Origin: Promethearchaeota archaeon
GTDB taxonomy: Archaea; Asgardarchaeota; Lokiarchaeia; Sigyniarchaeales; SOKP01
Assembly: GCA_004524535.1 (NCBI GenBank)
Contig: SDNY01000036.1
Span: 1 to 31,372 of the forward strand
Reading direction: 5' to 3'
DNA: 31,372 nucleotides
The first letter of the stretch is position 1. Each line of letters opens with the position of its first letter. A model generated the notes under the pieces. The model was not told the origin of the DNA. It was given only the letters and a program-made list of their open reading frames with translations, and made no database searches. Positions 1-8,559 of the stretch are shown piece after piece. The position numbers and the translations under genes were made by a program.

Positions 1-207
1 ATTAAAAATAAGATGTCAAAAGCATTAACAAAAGTATCTTCATATTTCGATTGGGAATTAAAATTTAAAAAAACCTCAAATTTTAAGCATAATACTAATT
101 CTAATTATAATTCAAATTTGAATAAAGATAATAAAAATTCCCTTGGAATATCTGATAAGAGTTTTAAAGATTTTATGAAGAAATGGAAAGAGAAAAATTT
201 TTCTTAA
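1..207 (+). CDS. C-terminal part of a hypothetical protein that probably begins upstream of the window
   Basis: Frame is open from base 1 (ATT AAA AAT AAG ATG...) to TAA 205-207. It has an Asn-rich linker then a basic/aromatic tail (SFKDFMKKWKEKNFS), and converges on guaAB with a 9-nt gap. Confidence 0.55.
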   Translation: MKNKMSKALTKVSSYFDWELKFKKTSNFKHNTNSNYNSNLNKDNKNSLGISDKSFKDFMKKWKEKNFS

Positions 208-216
208 TTGTTTTTA

Positions 217-1407
217 TTATACATATTCTATTGTAGCAGGTGGTTTTGAGGTTACATCAATATAGATGTTTCTTGTTTCTGGGATCTCAAGTAATTTCTC
301 TTTTAGTTTATTAAAAAGCTCGAAAGGCAAATTGGTTACGCTTGCCGTTCTGGCATCAATGCTATTAATACTTCTAATGACAATATCATATTTACCATCC
401 TTATTGCCCCCCAATTCATAGAAAATTCTCGCATAGTCAGTTAATTGAGAAGCTTTAGTAGTTAATTTTTCAAAATCCCATTCTCCTTTTTCACAAAGTG
501 GTGCCATATAAGTCCTTTTTCCATTTACTAGTCCAGTTACCTCTCTTGTTAAAATATCTTCGCTACTAATTGCTGCAAAGACTTGAAACGGTTCTTGTTC
601 TCCTTTATCATTTATTATCATTGGTTTTCCGTACTTTTCAACATAAAAATCTTCGATACGTGATTCTACAATATCATGAACTCTCTTCTCAAAAGCTAAA
701 TTATCAAGACTCACTGGACCTACAATTCTTGCTGAAAGTGCTGGCCCAGGAAAAGCTTTTCTATAAACCAACTCTTGAGGCATTCCAAGGTATTCAAGAA
801 CTTTGCGTACTTCGTTTTTTGTAAGGCTCGCAACTGGTTGAATGGTTGCTTCAACATCATATTCTATGTCTAAATTATGTTGACTTTTTACAAAACCTTT
901 AATGTTTTTTTCTAATAATGTTCTTTCTTCTTCCAAACTCATAGTTTCTTTTAAATCATTAATTTTTACTCCAAAACTCTCCTCAATATCCGGCAATATG
1001 GTTCCATCAGCTAATAAATCACAATTTTCTTTCTTAATAACTTTGCTAATTGTATCCGAATATGCTGCCTTGAAAAGTTTTCTTTTCTCTTCCGCATCAC
1101 CCACTCCTAAAATCTGGGGTAGGAATTTTTTTCTAATATCTATTATCATTACATCTGGAAATAGTTTTTTTATATGTTCTCGCTCTTCTTGCCCTCTTAT
1201 TATTCTCATAAGTCCATGGTCAATAAATACTGGAATAGTATTGATATTTGCTTTCTTTAGCAATAAATATGTCGCAGAACTGTCAATACCTCCAGAAAGA
1301 GCACAAAAAACCTTTCTATTTGATGCAAACTTCTGTAGAAATTGGATTGCGGTTTCTATAAACTTTTCTGGCTCTCGAGGAGGATCTATCAATCTATGGT
1401 TTAACAT
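217..1407 (-). CDS. guaAB: GMP synthase subunit B (ATP pyrophosphatase plus dimerisation domain, no glutaminase domain)
   Basis: PP-loop ALSGGIDSS, FIDHGLMR, GTILPDIEES, KSQHN, FPGPALSARI and C-terminal DVTSKPPATIEYV. Confidence 0.93.
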   Translation of the reverse strand: MLNHRLIDPPREPEKFIETAIQFLQKFASNRKVFCALSGGIDSSATYLLLKKANINTIPVFIDHGLMRIIRGQEEREHIKKLFPDVMIIDIRKKFLPQILGVGDAEEKRKLFKAAYSDTISKVIKKENCDLLADGTILPDIEESFGVKINDLKETMSLEEERTLLEKNIKGFVKSQHNLDIEYDVEATIQPVASLTKNEVRKVLEYLGMPQELVYRKAFPGPALSARIVGPVSLDNLAFEKRVHDIVESRIEDFYVEKYGKPMIINDKGEQEPFQVFAAISSEDILTREVTGLVNGKRTYMAPLCEKGEWDFEKLTTKASQLTDYARIFYELGGNKDGKYDIVIRSINSIDARTASVTNLPFELFNKLKEKLLEIPETRNIYIDVTSKPPATIEYV

Positions 1408-1555
1408 AAAATAACTTAATACCTCTAAAAAAAAAAGATCATTTATTAAACAGTTATGATTGAAGCAAATCTTTTATATTTGTTAATGTAAGTTAGGTTT
1501 TTCTTTTCAAAAAATAGAGATTAAGATTATTTTTATTAATTTTTTTGATAAGAAT

Positions 1556-2410
1556 ATGAGTGTTAAAAGGAAAATTAAATTGACTTTAAATAGTAGACCA
1601 ACAATGGAAGGTGCTGGAGTTCGACTTAAGCGAGTTTTTGGAAATAACGAAACAAATTTATTTGATCCGTTTTTGCTATTGGATCATTTTGGTTCTGATA
1701 ATCCTGATGATTATCTCGCAGGATTTCCATGGCATCCTCATCGAGGTATTGAAACCATCACTTATATGATACGAGGTATAGTTGAACATGGAGATTCACT
1801 AGGAAATAAGGGAATAATAAGTTCTGGTGATATTCAATGGATGACAGCTGGATCAGGCATAATTCATCAAGAGATGCCAAAACCTATTGAAGGTTTAATG
1901 ATGGGTTTTCAATTATGGGCAAACCTTCCAGCCTCTCATAAAATGATGGATCCTAGATATAGAGATGTCCTTGAGGAAGAAATTCCTGAAGTTCAAATCG
2001 AGGACGGTGTTAAAGTTAAAATTGTTGCTGGAGAAATAAATGGAATTAAAGGACCTGTGAGTGACATTATAACAAATCCTGAATATCTGGATGTTTCAAT
2101 GCCACCAAATTCAACTTTTTCGCATAAAATTAAAAGAGGTTATACTGTATTTGCTTATATTTTTAAAGGCACTGGCTATTTTGATGAAAACCGTGATCCA
2201 TTAAAAAATGCTGAACAATTAATACTTTATGACGATGGAGAGGAGATAAAGATACAATCTGCTGATGAAGGCTTACGTTTTCTATTAATTTCTGGTAAAC
2301 CAATAGGAGAACCAGTTGCGTGGTATGGACCAATCGTCATGAATACTCAAGAAGAATTGAGAATTGCTTTTGAGGAATATCAAAAAGGCACGTTTATTAA
2401 GCATAAATAG
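1556..2410 (+). CDS. Pirin family bicupin protein
   Basis: DPFLLLDHF, GFPWHPHRGIETITY, QWMTAGSGIIHQEMP, FQLWANLP, GPIVMNT. Confidence 0.96.
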   Translation: MSVKRKIKLTLNSRPTMEGAGVRLKRVFGNNETNLFDPFLLLDHFGSDNPDDYLAGFPWHPHRGIETITYMIRGIVEHGDSLGNKGIISSGDIQWMTAGSGIIHQEMPKPIEGLMMGFQLWANLPASHKMMDPRYRDVLEEEIPEVQIEDGVKVKIVAGEINGIKGPVSDIITNPEYLDVSMPPNSTFSHKIKRGYTVFAYIFKGTGYFDENRDPLKNAEQLILYDDGEEIKIQSADEGLRFLLISGKPIGEPVAWYGPIVMNTQEELRIAFEEYQKGTFIKHK

Positions 2411-2437
2411 CGAATTGAAAACTAATTTTCCACTACT

Positions 2438-3814
2438 TCATTTAAAATTTGGTAAATATTCTTTTTGAACTTCTACCATCTCATTAAATATATTTTCTGC
2501 CATCTCAAAGCTTCCGCAATTTACATCCATAGCAATGCAAGCAATTGCTAGATCTTTCGATTCTTTTAATATTGCTTCAACACATACATCTTGAATTGAC
2601 GCTTCAATTCTGAGTATTGCTGCGACAGCAACAGGGATTTTTCCTATCTTTACTCCATGAACTCCTTCTTTATTTACAATACCTGTACATTCGATTACTA
2701 AGTCTTGAGGCAAGTTCTCGATTATTCCATCATTAGGAATATTTACAATCTCATAAGTATTTTTATCCTCTATCATTGCCTCTAGGATTGCAACAGCTCT
2801 TTCCCCAGAAACAGCTCTTTTAAATACTCCCTTTTTTGGATATCTACCTTTTTGAAGTCTTTTATGATTTCGCTTTAACATCCCAAGTGTACCCTTATTT
2901 TGTTGCTCCATTAAGTCGATCCAATCATCAAGATCCTCATATTTCGTGTAATCCTTAGCTATTTGAACATATTCCGCAATGTGATTGTCTCCTACATATG
3001 GAAACCATCCTGTTCGCTTATATATCTCGAAAGTGAGGTCAGCAAAATGAAATCTATCCCATTTATCCTTTTTGTAGAAATCCATAAGATTTGCATTAAA
3101 TTTTTTCATTAAATTTTCACCAGTCCTTATATCCTCCATATCTAATACAAAAGCAAAGTGATTTAAACCACCAACGACAATTTTTGTATTATCAATGCAT
3201 TCCCTTATTTTTTTTATTTTCTTCAAATAGGAAAATTCATTATTTCTCATCTCGTCATCGATAATATGTGGTAAATCTATCAATAATAAATTTATTTGAT
3301 GGCATAACCCAACAAAGTTTAACTCGGGAACTGCTCGATGTATAGCGAGGCATATTCGAGACATAGGATTTGAATAATTTATAAAGAAGACCTCAGGATT
3401 CGCTGCATAGGCGTCCTTTGCAATATCTACAATAGTGGGTATCTGTCGAGCGGAGTGAAAAAAACCTCCTGGTCCTCCATTCTCAGCCATCATCTCAGTA
3501 GAACCATGTTTGTGAGGAATTCTATGATCTTGCCAGCGGTGGAAAAATCTATCCCCATGCTCTATTGAACAAATCACCACATCTGCATCTTTTAACGCAG
3601 CTTTTTGATTTTGTGTCTTTTCTACTATAAATTTTTCTCCTTTAATTTCATTCTCCTTACAGACAATATCATAAACTCTGTTTAATTTCTCCTCATCAAT
3701 ATCAATGAGGGTGATGGTAGAACCTTCTAAAGTTTTACTATGATAAATATCATTAAGGGTTACTGGTCCAAATGATGCACTACCTGCCCCAAAAAAGGTT
3801 ATTTTTTTATCCAT
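2438..3814 (-). CDS. Family 4 glycoside hydrolase (NAD+/Mn2+-dependent, alpha-galactosidase/alpha-glucosidase-like)
   Basis: N-terminal KITFFGAGS Rossmann motif, ENGGPGG, INYSNPM, VGLCH, GLNHF, VNIPNDG. Confidence 0.93.
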   Translation of the reverse strand: MDKKITFFGAGSASFGPVTLNDIYHSKTLEGSTITLIDIDEEKLNRVYDIVCKENEIKGEKFIVEKTQNQKAALKDADVVICSIEHGDRFFHRWQDHRIPHKHGSTEMMAENGGPGGFFHSARQIPTIVDIAKDAYAANPEVFFINYSNPMSRICLAIHRAVPELNFVGLCHQINLLLIDLPHIIDDEMRNNEFSYLKKIKKIRECIDNTKIVVGGLNHFAFVLDMEDIRTGENLMKKFNANLMDFYKKDKWDRFHFADLTFEIYKRTGWFPYVGDNHIAEYVQIAKDYTKYEDLDDWIDLMEQQNKGTLGMLKRNHKRLQKGRYPKKGVFKRAVSGERAVAILEAMIEDKNTYEIVNIPNDGIIENLPQDLVIECTGIVNKEGVHGVKIGKIPVAVAAILRIEASIQDVCVEAILKESKDLAIACIAMDVNCGSFEMAENIFNEMVEVQKEYLPNFK

Positions 3815-3845
3815 CTCATTTAGCTTTAGGAAAATTATTATTAGT

Positions 3846-5174
3846 TTATTTAAAATAACTCAAGAAGTCCCTTTGTTCTTTTATAGATAACATCTCATTA
3901 TACATGGCGTCTGCGTTTTCAAAGCTTCCAACATTTGGATCAAGAGCTAGACAAGCTATAGCAAGCTCTTTTGATTTTTTTAAAACAGCCTCAACGCATA
4001 AGTCTTGGATTGTTGCTTCTATGCGTAATAATGCTGCTATCTGTTTAGGTAAACTTCCTATTCTTACACCTTTAACACCATCCTTATTTACTATTACTGG
4101 ACCTTCAATTATTAGATCTTGAGGTAAATTATCGACAAGGCCATCGTTAGGAACATTCACTGAGCTTTCATAAGAGTTTTTATTTGTTGAAATAGCTTCA
4201 ATTATCGGTACAGCACGTTCTCCGGAAGGAACTTTAGGTAGCATTCCTTCTTTAGGGAAATTTCCTTTTTTTAATCGCTTTTGCATTCTTATAACTTTTC
4301 TATATATTAATCTCCCCAGTCTATCATTTAAATCGATCCAATCTATCATATCCTGAGTTTCAGTGAATTCTTCCGCGAATTGTAAATATTCCCCTAAATG
4401 ATTATCTCCTGAATGAGGGAAATAGCCGAACTTCTTGTAAACTTCAAATGATAATTTTGAAAATTCAAATCTATCCTCTTTTTGTGTGAAATAATTCATA
4501 GCTTTCGAATTAAATTCTGACATTAGATTTTGTCCTGTCTTTAAATCTTCTAAATCAACAAGAAATCCAAAATGATTTAGTCCAACTACAGTCATTTTTA
4601 AATTCTTTAATTTTTTATTTAGCATCAGTGGAAGATCTTTATTAAAAACAGCAATCTGATGACAAAGTCCAATAGATTTAAGGTTAGGAACAGCTCTGTT
4701 AATCGCAAGGCAAACTCTCGCCATTGGATTGGAAAAATTAATAAAAAAGGCATTAGGACATATCCGATCGGCATCTTTAGCTATTTCAATAATAGGCGGT
4801 ATAATTCTCCAAGCGTGGAAAGAACCTCCTGGACCTCCGCACTCCCCAATTATTTGAGTTGAACCATGTTTCCTTGGAATTTCATAATCTTGCCGCCATA
4901 ATTCAAATCTATCTCCAACCTCTATAGAATTAACTATAAAATCAGCATCTTTAAAAGCTTTTGCTCTATCAATAGTATGTTCTATGACAAATTTTTTCTT
5001 TCTTGTCTCAGCTTCAGCAATCATTAATTCGTAAATTAATTCCAATTTCTCTTTATCTATATCATGGAGCATAATTGTCGACCCTTTTAAAATATCGCTT
5101 AGAAAAATATCCATTAACATTGCAGGACCAAACATCGTTGAGCCAGCCCCAACTAATACTATTTTTTTATCCAT
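3846..5174 (-). CDS. Family 4 glycoside hydrolase, tandem paralogue
   Basis: KIVLVGAGS, ECGGPGG, INFSNPM, IGLCH, GLNHF, VNVPNDG. Start set at ATG 5174 because MDKKI matches the neighbour's N-terminus. Confidence 0.93.
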   Translation of the reverse strand: MDKKIVLVGAGSTMFGPAMLMDIFLSDILKGSTIMLHDIDKEKLELIYELMIAEAETRKKKFVIEHTIDRAKAFKDADFIVNSIEVGDRFELWRQDYEIPRKHGSTQIIGECGGPGGSFHAWRIIPPIIEIAKDADRICPNAFFINFSNPMARVCLAINRAVPNLKSIGLCHQIAVFNKDLPLMLNKKLKNLKMTVVGLNHFGFLVDLEDLKTGQNLMSEFNSKAMNYFTQKEDRFEFSKLSFEVYKKFGYFPHSGDNHLGEYLQFAEEFTETQDMIDWIDLNDRLGRLIYRKVIRMQKRLKKGNFPKEGMLPKVPSGERAVPIIEAISTNKNSYESSVNVPNDGLVDNLPQDLIIEGPVIVNKDGVKGVRIGSLPKQIAALLRIEATIQDLCVEAVLKKSKELAIACLALDPNVGSFENADAMYNEMLSIKEQRDFLSYFK

Positions 5175-5295
5175 AATCATCAAATTTTCTAATTTTTAAT
5201 TAAAATAAGAATTCTAATTTGTAAATAAAAATATCTTTCCGAAATAATAAAATTTATATTTTTTAAGAAGATATAATTAAATAATAATGATTTCA

Positions 5296-5466
5296 AAAAC
5301 TACTACTTCAAACAACAAATTGGTACAATTATTAGGTTTAGTTGTAGTAGTTTTATTACTATAGCGAAACAAATCCTTATAATCTCTTTCTTTTAAAGTT
5401 TTCACGGATTTGTTCGCTGGGTGTGAGAAATTTTAATAGAAGAGATCATAGGAGTTTGTTTCTGCT
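5296..5466 (+). ncRNA. Candidate structured RNA leader: one hairpin (5296-5354) plus a long hairpin with an alternative fold (5363-5466)
   Basis: AAAACTACTAC 5296-5306 pairs with GTAGTAGTTTT 5344-5354. 5363-5405 pairs with 5423-5466 over about 39 of 43 positions by hand alignment. The loop segment 5406-5418 is also complementary to 5363-5376. Transcription is not shown. Confidence 0.45.
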
Positions 5467-5513
5467 TGGAGATTTTGAATATGATAAAAATAAAAAAAAA
5501 GGAGGTAAAAAAT

Positions 5514-5651
5514 ATGGTTGTCATTAGCGAGGAAAATATTATGACGCCAGAAGTCTCTGAGGAGTCCTTTAATTGCGCAGAGATCCATGATTGTGGAAGC
5601 TTCTTTATTCCGGCAGAAATATATATATCCGAAGAAAAAATAGGTTGGTAG
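5514..5651 (+). CDS. Small acidic hypothetical protein, 45 aa (MVVISEENIM...EEKIGW)
   Basis: Strong SD GGAGGT at 5501-5506, 7 nt before ATG 5514. Double stop TAG TAA. GC is higher than in the flanks. This start is preferred over the track's TTG 5466. Confidence 0.65.
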   Translation: MVVISEENIMTPEVSEESFNCAEIHDCGSFFIPAEIYISEEKIGW

Positions 5652-5673
5652 TAAGGTAAAAAATTTTATAAAT

Positions 5674-5723
5674 TATAACCATAATATAGTAGATTTATTT
5701 ATATAAATCCACTTTATGTTATA
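5674..5723 (+). terminator. Imperfect AT-rich hairpin downstream of the 45-aa ORF (3' stability element or terminator candidate)
   Basis: TATAACCATAATATAGTAGATTTAT 5674-5698 is approximately complementary to ATAAATCCACTTTATGTTATA 5703-5723. Confidence 0.3.
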
Positions 5724-5763
5724 CATTAAAATCATTAGTGCTATTTTTAAGATTTCTTAGAAA

Positions 5764-5817
5764 CATTAATCTTTATTGATTTTGATTAATCAGATTAATG
5801 ATCAAAACCTTTAAATA
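5764..5817 (+). promoter_or_regulatory. Cluster of ATTAAT-centred palindromes next to a BRE/TATA-like element
   Basis: Perfect inverted repeat CATTAATCT 5764-5772 / AGATTAATG 5792-5800, palindrome TGATTAATCA 5783-5792, TTTTGAT 5780-5786 / ATCAAAA 5801-5807, then AAAACCTTTAAATA 5804-5817. Confidence 0.45.
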
Positions 5818-5897
5818 TTCTATTCATTATATATTCTTTAGTTGTATTCCAAAAATAGATTTTTATTTAATTATTTGATATGAATTAAAACCGAGAT

Positions 5898-6083
5898 ATG
5901 GAAAGAAAATCTGAAGAAACTATTGAAGGATATATGAGTGTTGATTTTTACGAAAATCAGACATCTAAAGAAAAATCACCCTTTTCTCTAATAATGGATA
6001 TTTCTAAGATTAGACCTGGTGAGCTTGAGCTTGAAGATGAAGTAAAAATGGGTTATCTTTGGGAGAAATATGTAAATAAATAG
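5898..6083 (+). CDS. Small acidic hypothetical protein, 61 aa
   Basis: ATG-started ORF with protein-like composition filling the gap. Its stop abuts the convergent aminotransferase stop with no spacer. Confidence 0.65.
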   Translation: MERKSEETIEGYMSVDFYENQTSKEKSPFSLIMDISKIRPGELELEDEVKMGYLWEKYVNK

Positions 6084-7262
6084 CTATAGTAGATTTTTTA
6101 TTCTTTCTAAAGCTTCCTGAATTCTTTCTATATTTTGAGTTAAAGCAAATCGAACAAAACCTTCTCCATATTGACCAAATCCAATTCCTGGCGTGACAAC
6201 AACCCCCACATTAATTAATTTTTTAATAAAATCCATACAAGGAATATCACAGTATTTTTCGGGAACAGCAGTCCATATATAAAAGGTGGCTTGTGGTTTA
6301 TTAGTAGGCCATCCAATATCGTTTAATCCATTAACCAACACATCTCGACGCTTCTCATATATTTTCATACTTTTTGCAACGATTCTTGGCTTTTTCTCAC
6401 TCGTATATTCATTTAAACCTTTTATTACGGCTTTTTGGATAAAAATAGACCCTCCTGAATCAATTTGAGATTTTACTTTTCTTAAACCAGCTATAATATC
6501 TGCATTTCCAGCTATCCATCCACATCTAAAACCTGTCATATTGAACATTTTGGAGGCACTATTTATTTCTACATGATCATTATTAATCTGTAGAATTGTA
6601 GGAGCAATATAATCTTCATAGGTAAATTCAGAATATGGGTTATCATACACAATAAAGAAATTATAATCCTCTGCATAATCAACGGCTTTTTTTAAATAAT
6701 CCATGGGAGCAATTGCGCCTGTTGGATTATTAGGATAATTTAAATACATCATTTTCGCTTTTTTGAGAATATCAGTTTCAACTGCTTCAAGATCAGGTAG
6801 GAAATCATTTTCTATTTTTAGTGGCAGTAAAAAGGGATCTCCATCACATAATTTAGTAGCTCCATTTTCATAGACAGGATATCCCGGGTTAGGACATAGG
6901 ACAATATCACCAGGATTTATAAATGCCCTTGCGATGTTTGCAACACCTTCTTTGCCCCCCATTACATGTGATACTTCAGTGGTAGGATCTAAATCTATTC
7001 CATATCTTACTTTATTCCAGCGAGCGACCCCTTCTCTAAAAAACTCCTCTCCCATGCTTGTAGGATAGTTTTGATTATCTGATACTTTAGACTCTGCAAT
7101 CAACTCGTCGATAATGATTTCTGGAGTAGGAAGATCAGGGTCTCCTATTCCTAATTTTATTAAATCAACACCTTCTTTAGTCTTCTGAATAATGAGTTCT
7201 TCAATCTCAGCAAAAATATATGGGGGCAATCTACCAATTCTTTCAGCATATTCTATTTTCAT
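6084..7262 (-). CDS. dapL: Class I/II PLP aminotransferase, LL-diaminopimelate aminotransferase-like
   Basis: LPPYIFAEI, LGIGDPDLPTP, GGKEG, PGYPVY, LNYPNNPTGA, DNPY, PLP lysine in SASKMFNMTGFRCG, PGIGFGQYGEGFVRF. Substrate specificity is inferred. Confidence 0.78.
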   Translation of the reverse strand: MKIEYAERIGRLPPYIFAEIEELIIQKTKEGVDLIKLGIGDPDLPTPEIIIDELIAESKVSDNQNYPTSMGEEFFREGVARWNKVRYGIDLDPTTEVSHVMGGKEGVANIARAFINPGDIVLCPNPGYPVYENGATKLCDGDPFLLPLKIENDFLPDLEAVETDILKKAKMMYLNYPNNPTGAIAPMDYLKKAVDYAEDYNFFIVYDNPYSEFTYEDYIAPTILQINNDHVEINSASKMFNMTGFRCGWIAGNADIIAGLRKVKSQIDSGGSIFIQKAVIKGLNEYTSEKKPRIVAKSMKIYEKRRDVLVNGLNDIGWPTNKPQATFYIWTAVPEKYCDIPCMDFIKKLINVGVVVTPGIGFGQYGEGFVRFALTQNIERIQEALERIKNLL

Positions 7263-7349
7263 TAAATATTCCCTTATTATTTTAAAAAAGGTTAGAAAAA
7301 CGTGAATTTAATCATTAATAAAATTTTAAAAATCTTTCGAATATTATTT

Positions 7350-8294
7350 TTAATTTGACTTTGAATCTTCTTCAGACTGGCTTTTGATCCGCAATCTAAT
7401 TTCTTCAAGAATTTGTTTGATTTTTGAGGGTTTAACTTCTTCTATGGCCGTTTTAGCTTCTGATGGGGGAGCATATACTTCTTCTTGAAATTTTGGTTTT
7501 TTTAAAAGCTCAAAGAATAGTTTTGATAATAACTGATCTATGGTTTCGCCGACTTTTACCTGTTCTGATAAAGCGGATTCAATTTCTTTTAAAGCGCTTA
7601 AATCTTCGTAATCTAAAAAATGAACTTCTCCTACTTTTAGATCTGTATAGTTAGTTTTACCTTTAAAATGAGTTAGTATATAGTAAGAATACTCGTTAAT
7701 TAGATAACTTAAATTCATTTTAATTTCTGCTAAATTTTCTAAACGAAATTCCCCTCCATGTTGAGCTACCCACTTTTTTACATCTCCTAGATTTTTCATC
7801 ATATCTTTGTTTGTTCTTAGCTCGGCAATCTTTTGTTTGCTTTCTATTATTCCATATACTAAGAATGGCGCATTTCCATGAGCTTTTTCTATAAAAACAT
7901 CCATCATATCAGCTAGGTTATTAAAATTTTCGTAAATATCATCATCTACCAATATAAAGAAGATTCCTGCTATTGCCCCGATGAATAAACCTTTTTCCAT
8001 ATCTAATTCAATATTTCCTTCTAATTTATTATCTTTCCGAGTATAAGCAAACGCAGATTTCCACTTGATTATATCAAAAAGTCTCTCTCGATAAATTAAA
8101 GAAAAATTCCATACATAGCTAGTTTCGGATAAATGATGTATAACAGTTTCGGGAAATAGCGCATCTTTATCAATTTCTTGATGTGTTTTATCTTCAAATT
8201 CATATCTTTCTGGAGTGGATAAAACTCTAATGTCTTCGGTAATCAATCCGGGTGGTGCGTCACCAATTACAATTGGATATTCAATATATCTAAT
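7350..8294 (-). CDS. Hypothetical protein with a degenerate Ras/Rab-like fold, probable ATT start
   Basis: Frame is open 16 codons beyond the track's TTG (IRYIEYPIVIGDAPPG). GGTGA at 8305-8301 lies 6 nt before ATT 8294. FIGAIAGIFF...ENFNNL...NAPFLVYG resembles the beta4-alpha3-beta5 region of small GTPases. The CDS is well supported; the fold and start are tentative. Confidence 0.6.
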   Translation of the reverse strand: MRYIEYPIVIGDAPPGLITEDIRVLSTPERYEFEDKTHQEIDKDALFPETVIHHLSETSYVWNFSLIYRERLFDIIKWKSAFAYTRKDNKLEGNIELDMEKGLFIGAIAGIFFILVDDDIYENFNNLADMMDVFIEKAHGNAPFLVYGIIESKQKIAELRTNKDMMKNLGDVKKWVAQHGGEFRLENLAEIKMNLSYLINEYSYYILTHFKGKTNYTDLKVGEVHFLDYEDLSALKEIESALSEQVKVGETIDQLLSKLFFELLKKPKFQEEVYAPPSEAKTAIEEVKPSKIKQILEEIRLRIKSQSEEDSKSN

Positions 8295-8559
8295 TTTTGT
8301 TCACCAATTAAATTTAATTTCATGAGTATAAAATATCTTGTGTTTATACTTAAATATTTAAAAAAATATTAGGCAAGAGATAATAAAAAGGAGCCTTTAA
8401 ATATCGCGAAGTAATGTCTAAAGACCCATTTCCTTGACTTTTTCTTGATTAAATTCGTAATCTCGTAAATAATATATAATAAACGAATTAAAAAAGTATT
8501 CACTATTCTAAATTATATCTACTTTTATTTATAATTAATAACAAGGCGTTTTTGAAAAA

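Noticed and set aside
5296-5466. CRISPR mini-array or MITE interpretation of the repeats
   Set aside because: Only two imperfect direct copies are present, and the spacers are complementary to each other rather than unique. There are no cas or transposase genes and no evident target-site duplication.
8267-8323. ATG 8323 (MKLNLIGEQKLDILNIQL*) as the true start of the GTPase-like gene via a frameshift
   Set aside because: It is in a different frame that closes after 18 codons and has no SD. The ATT with a correctly spaced GGTGA is simpler, though this is not formally excluded.
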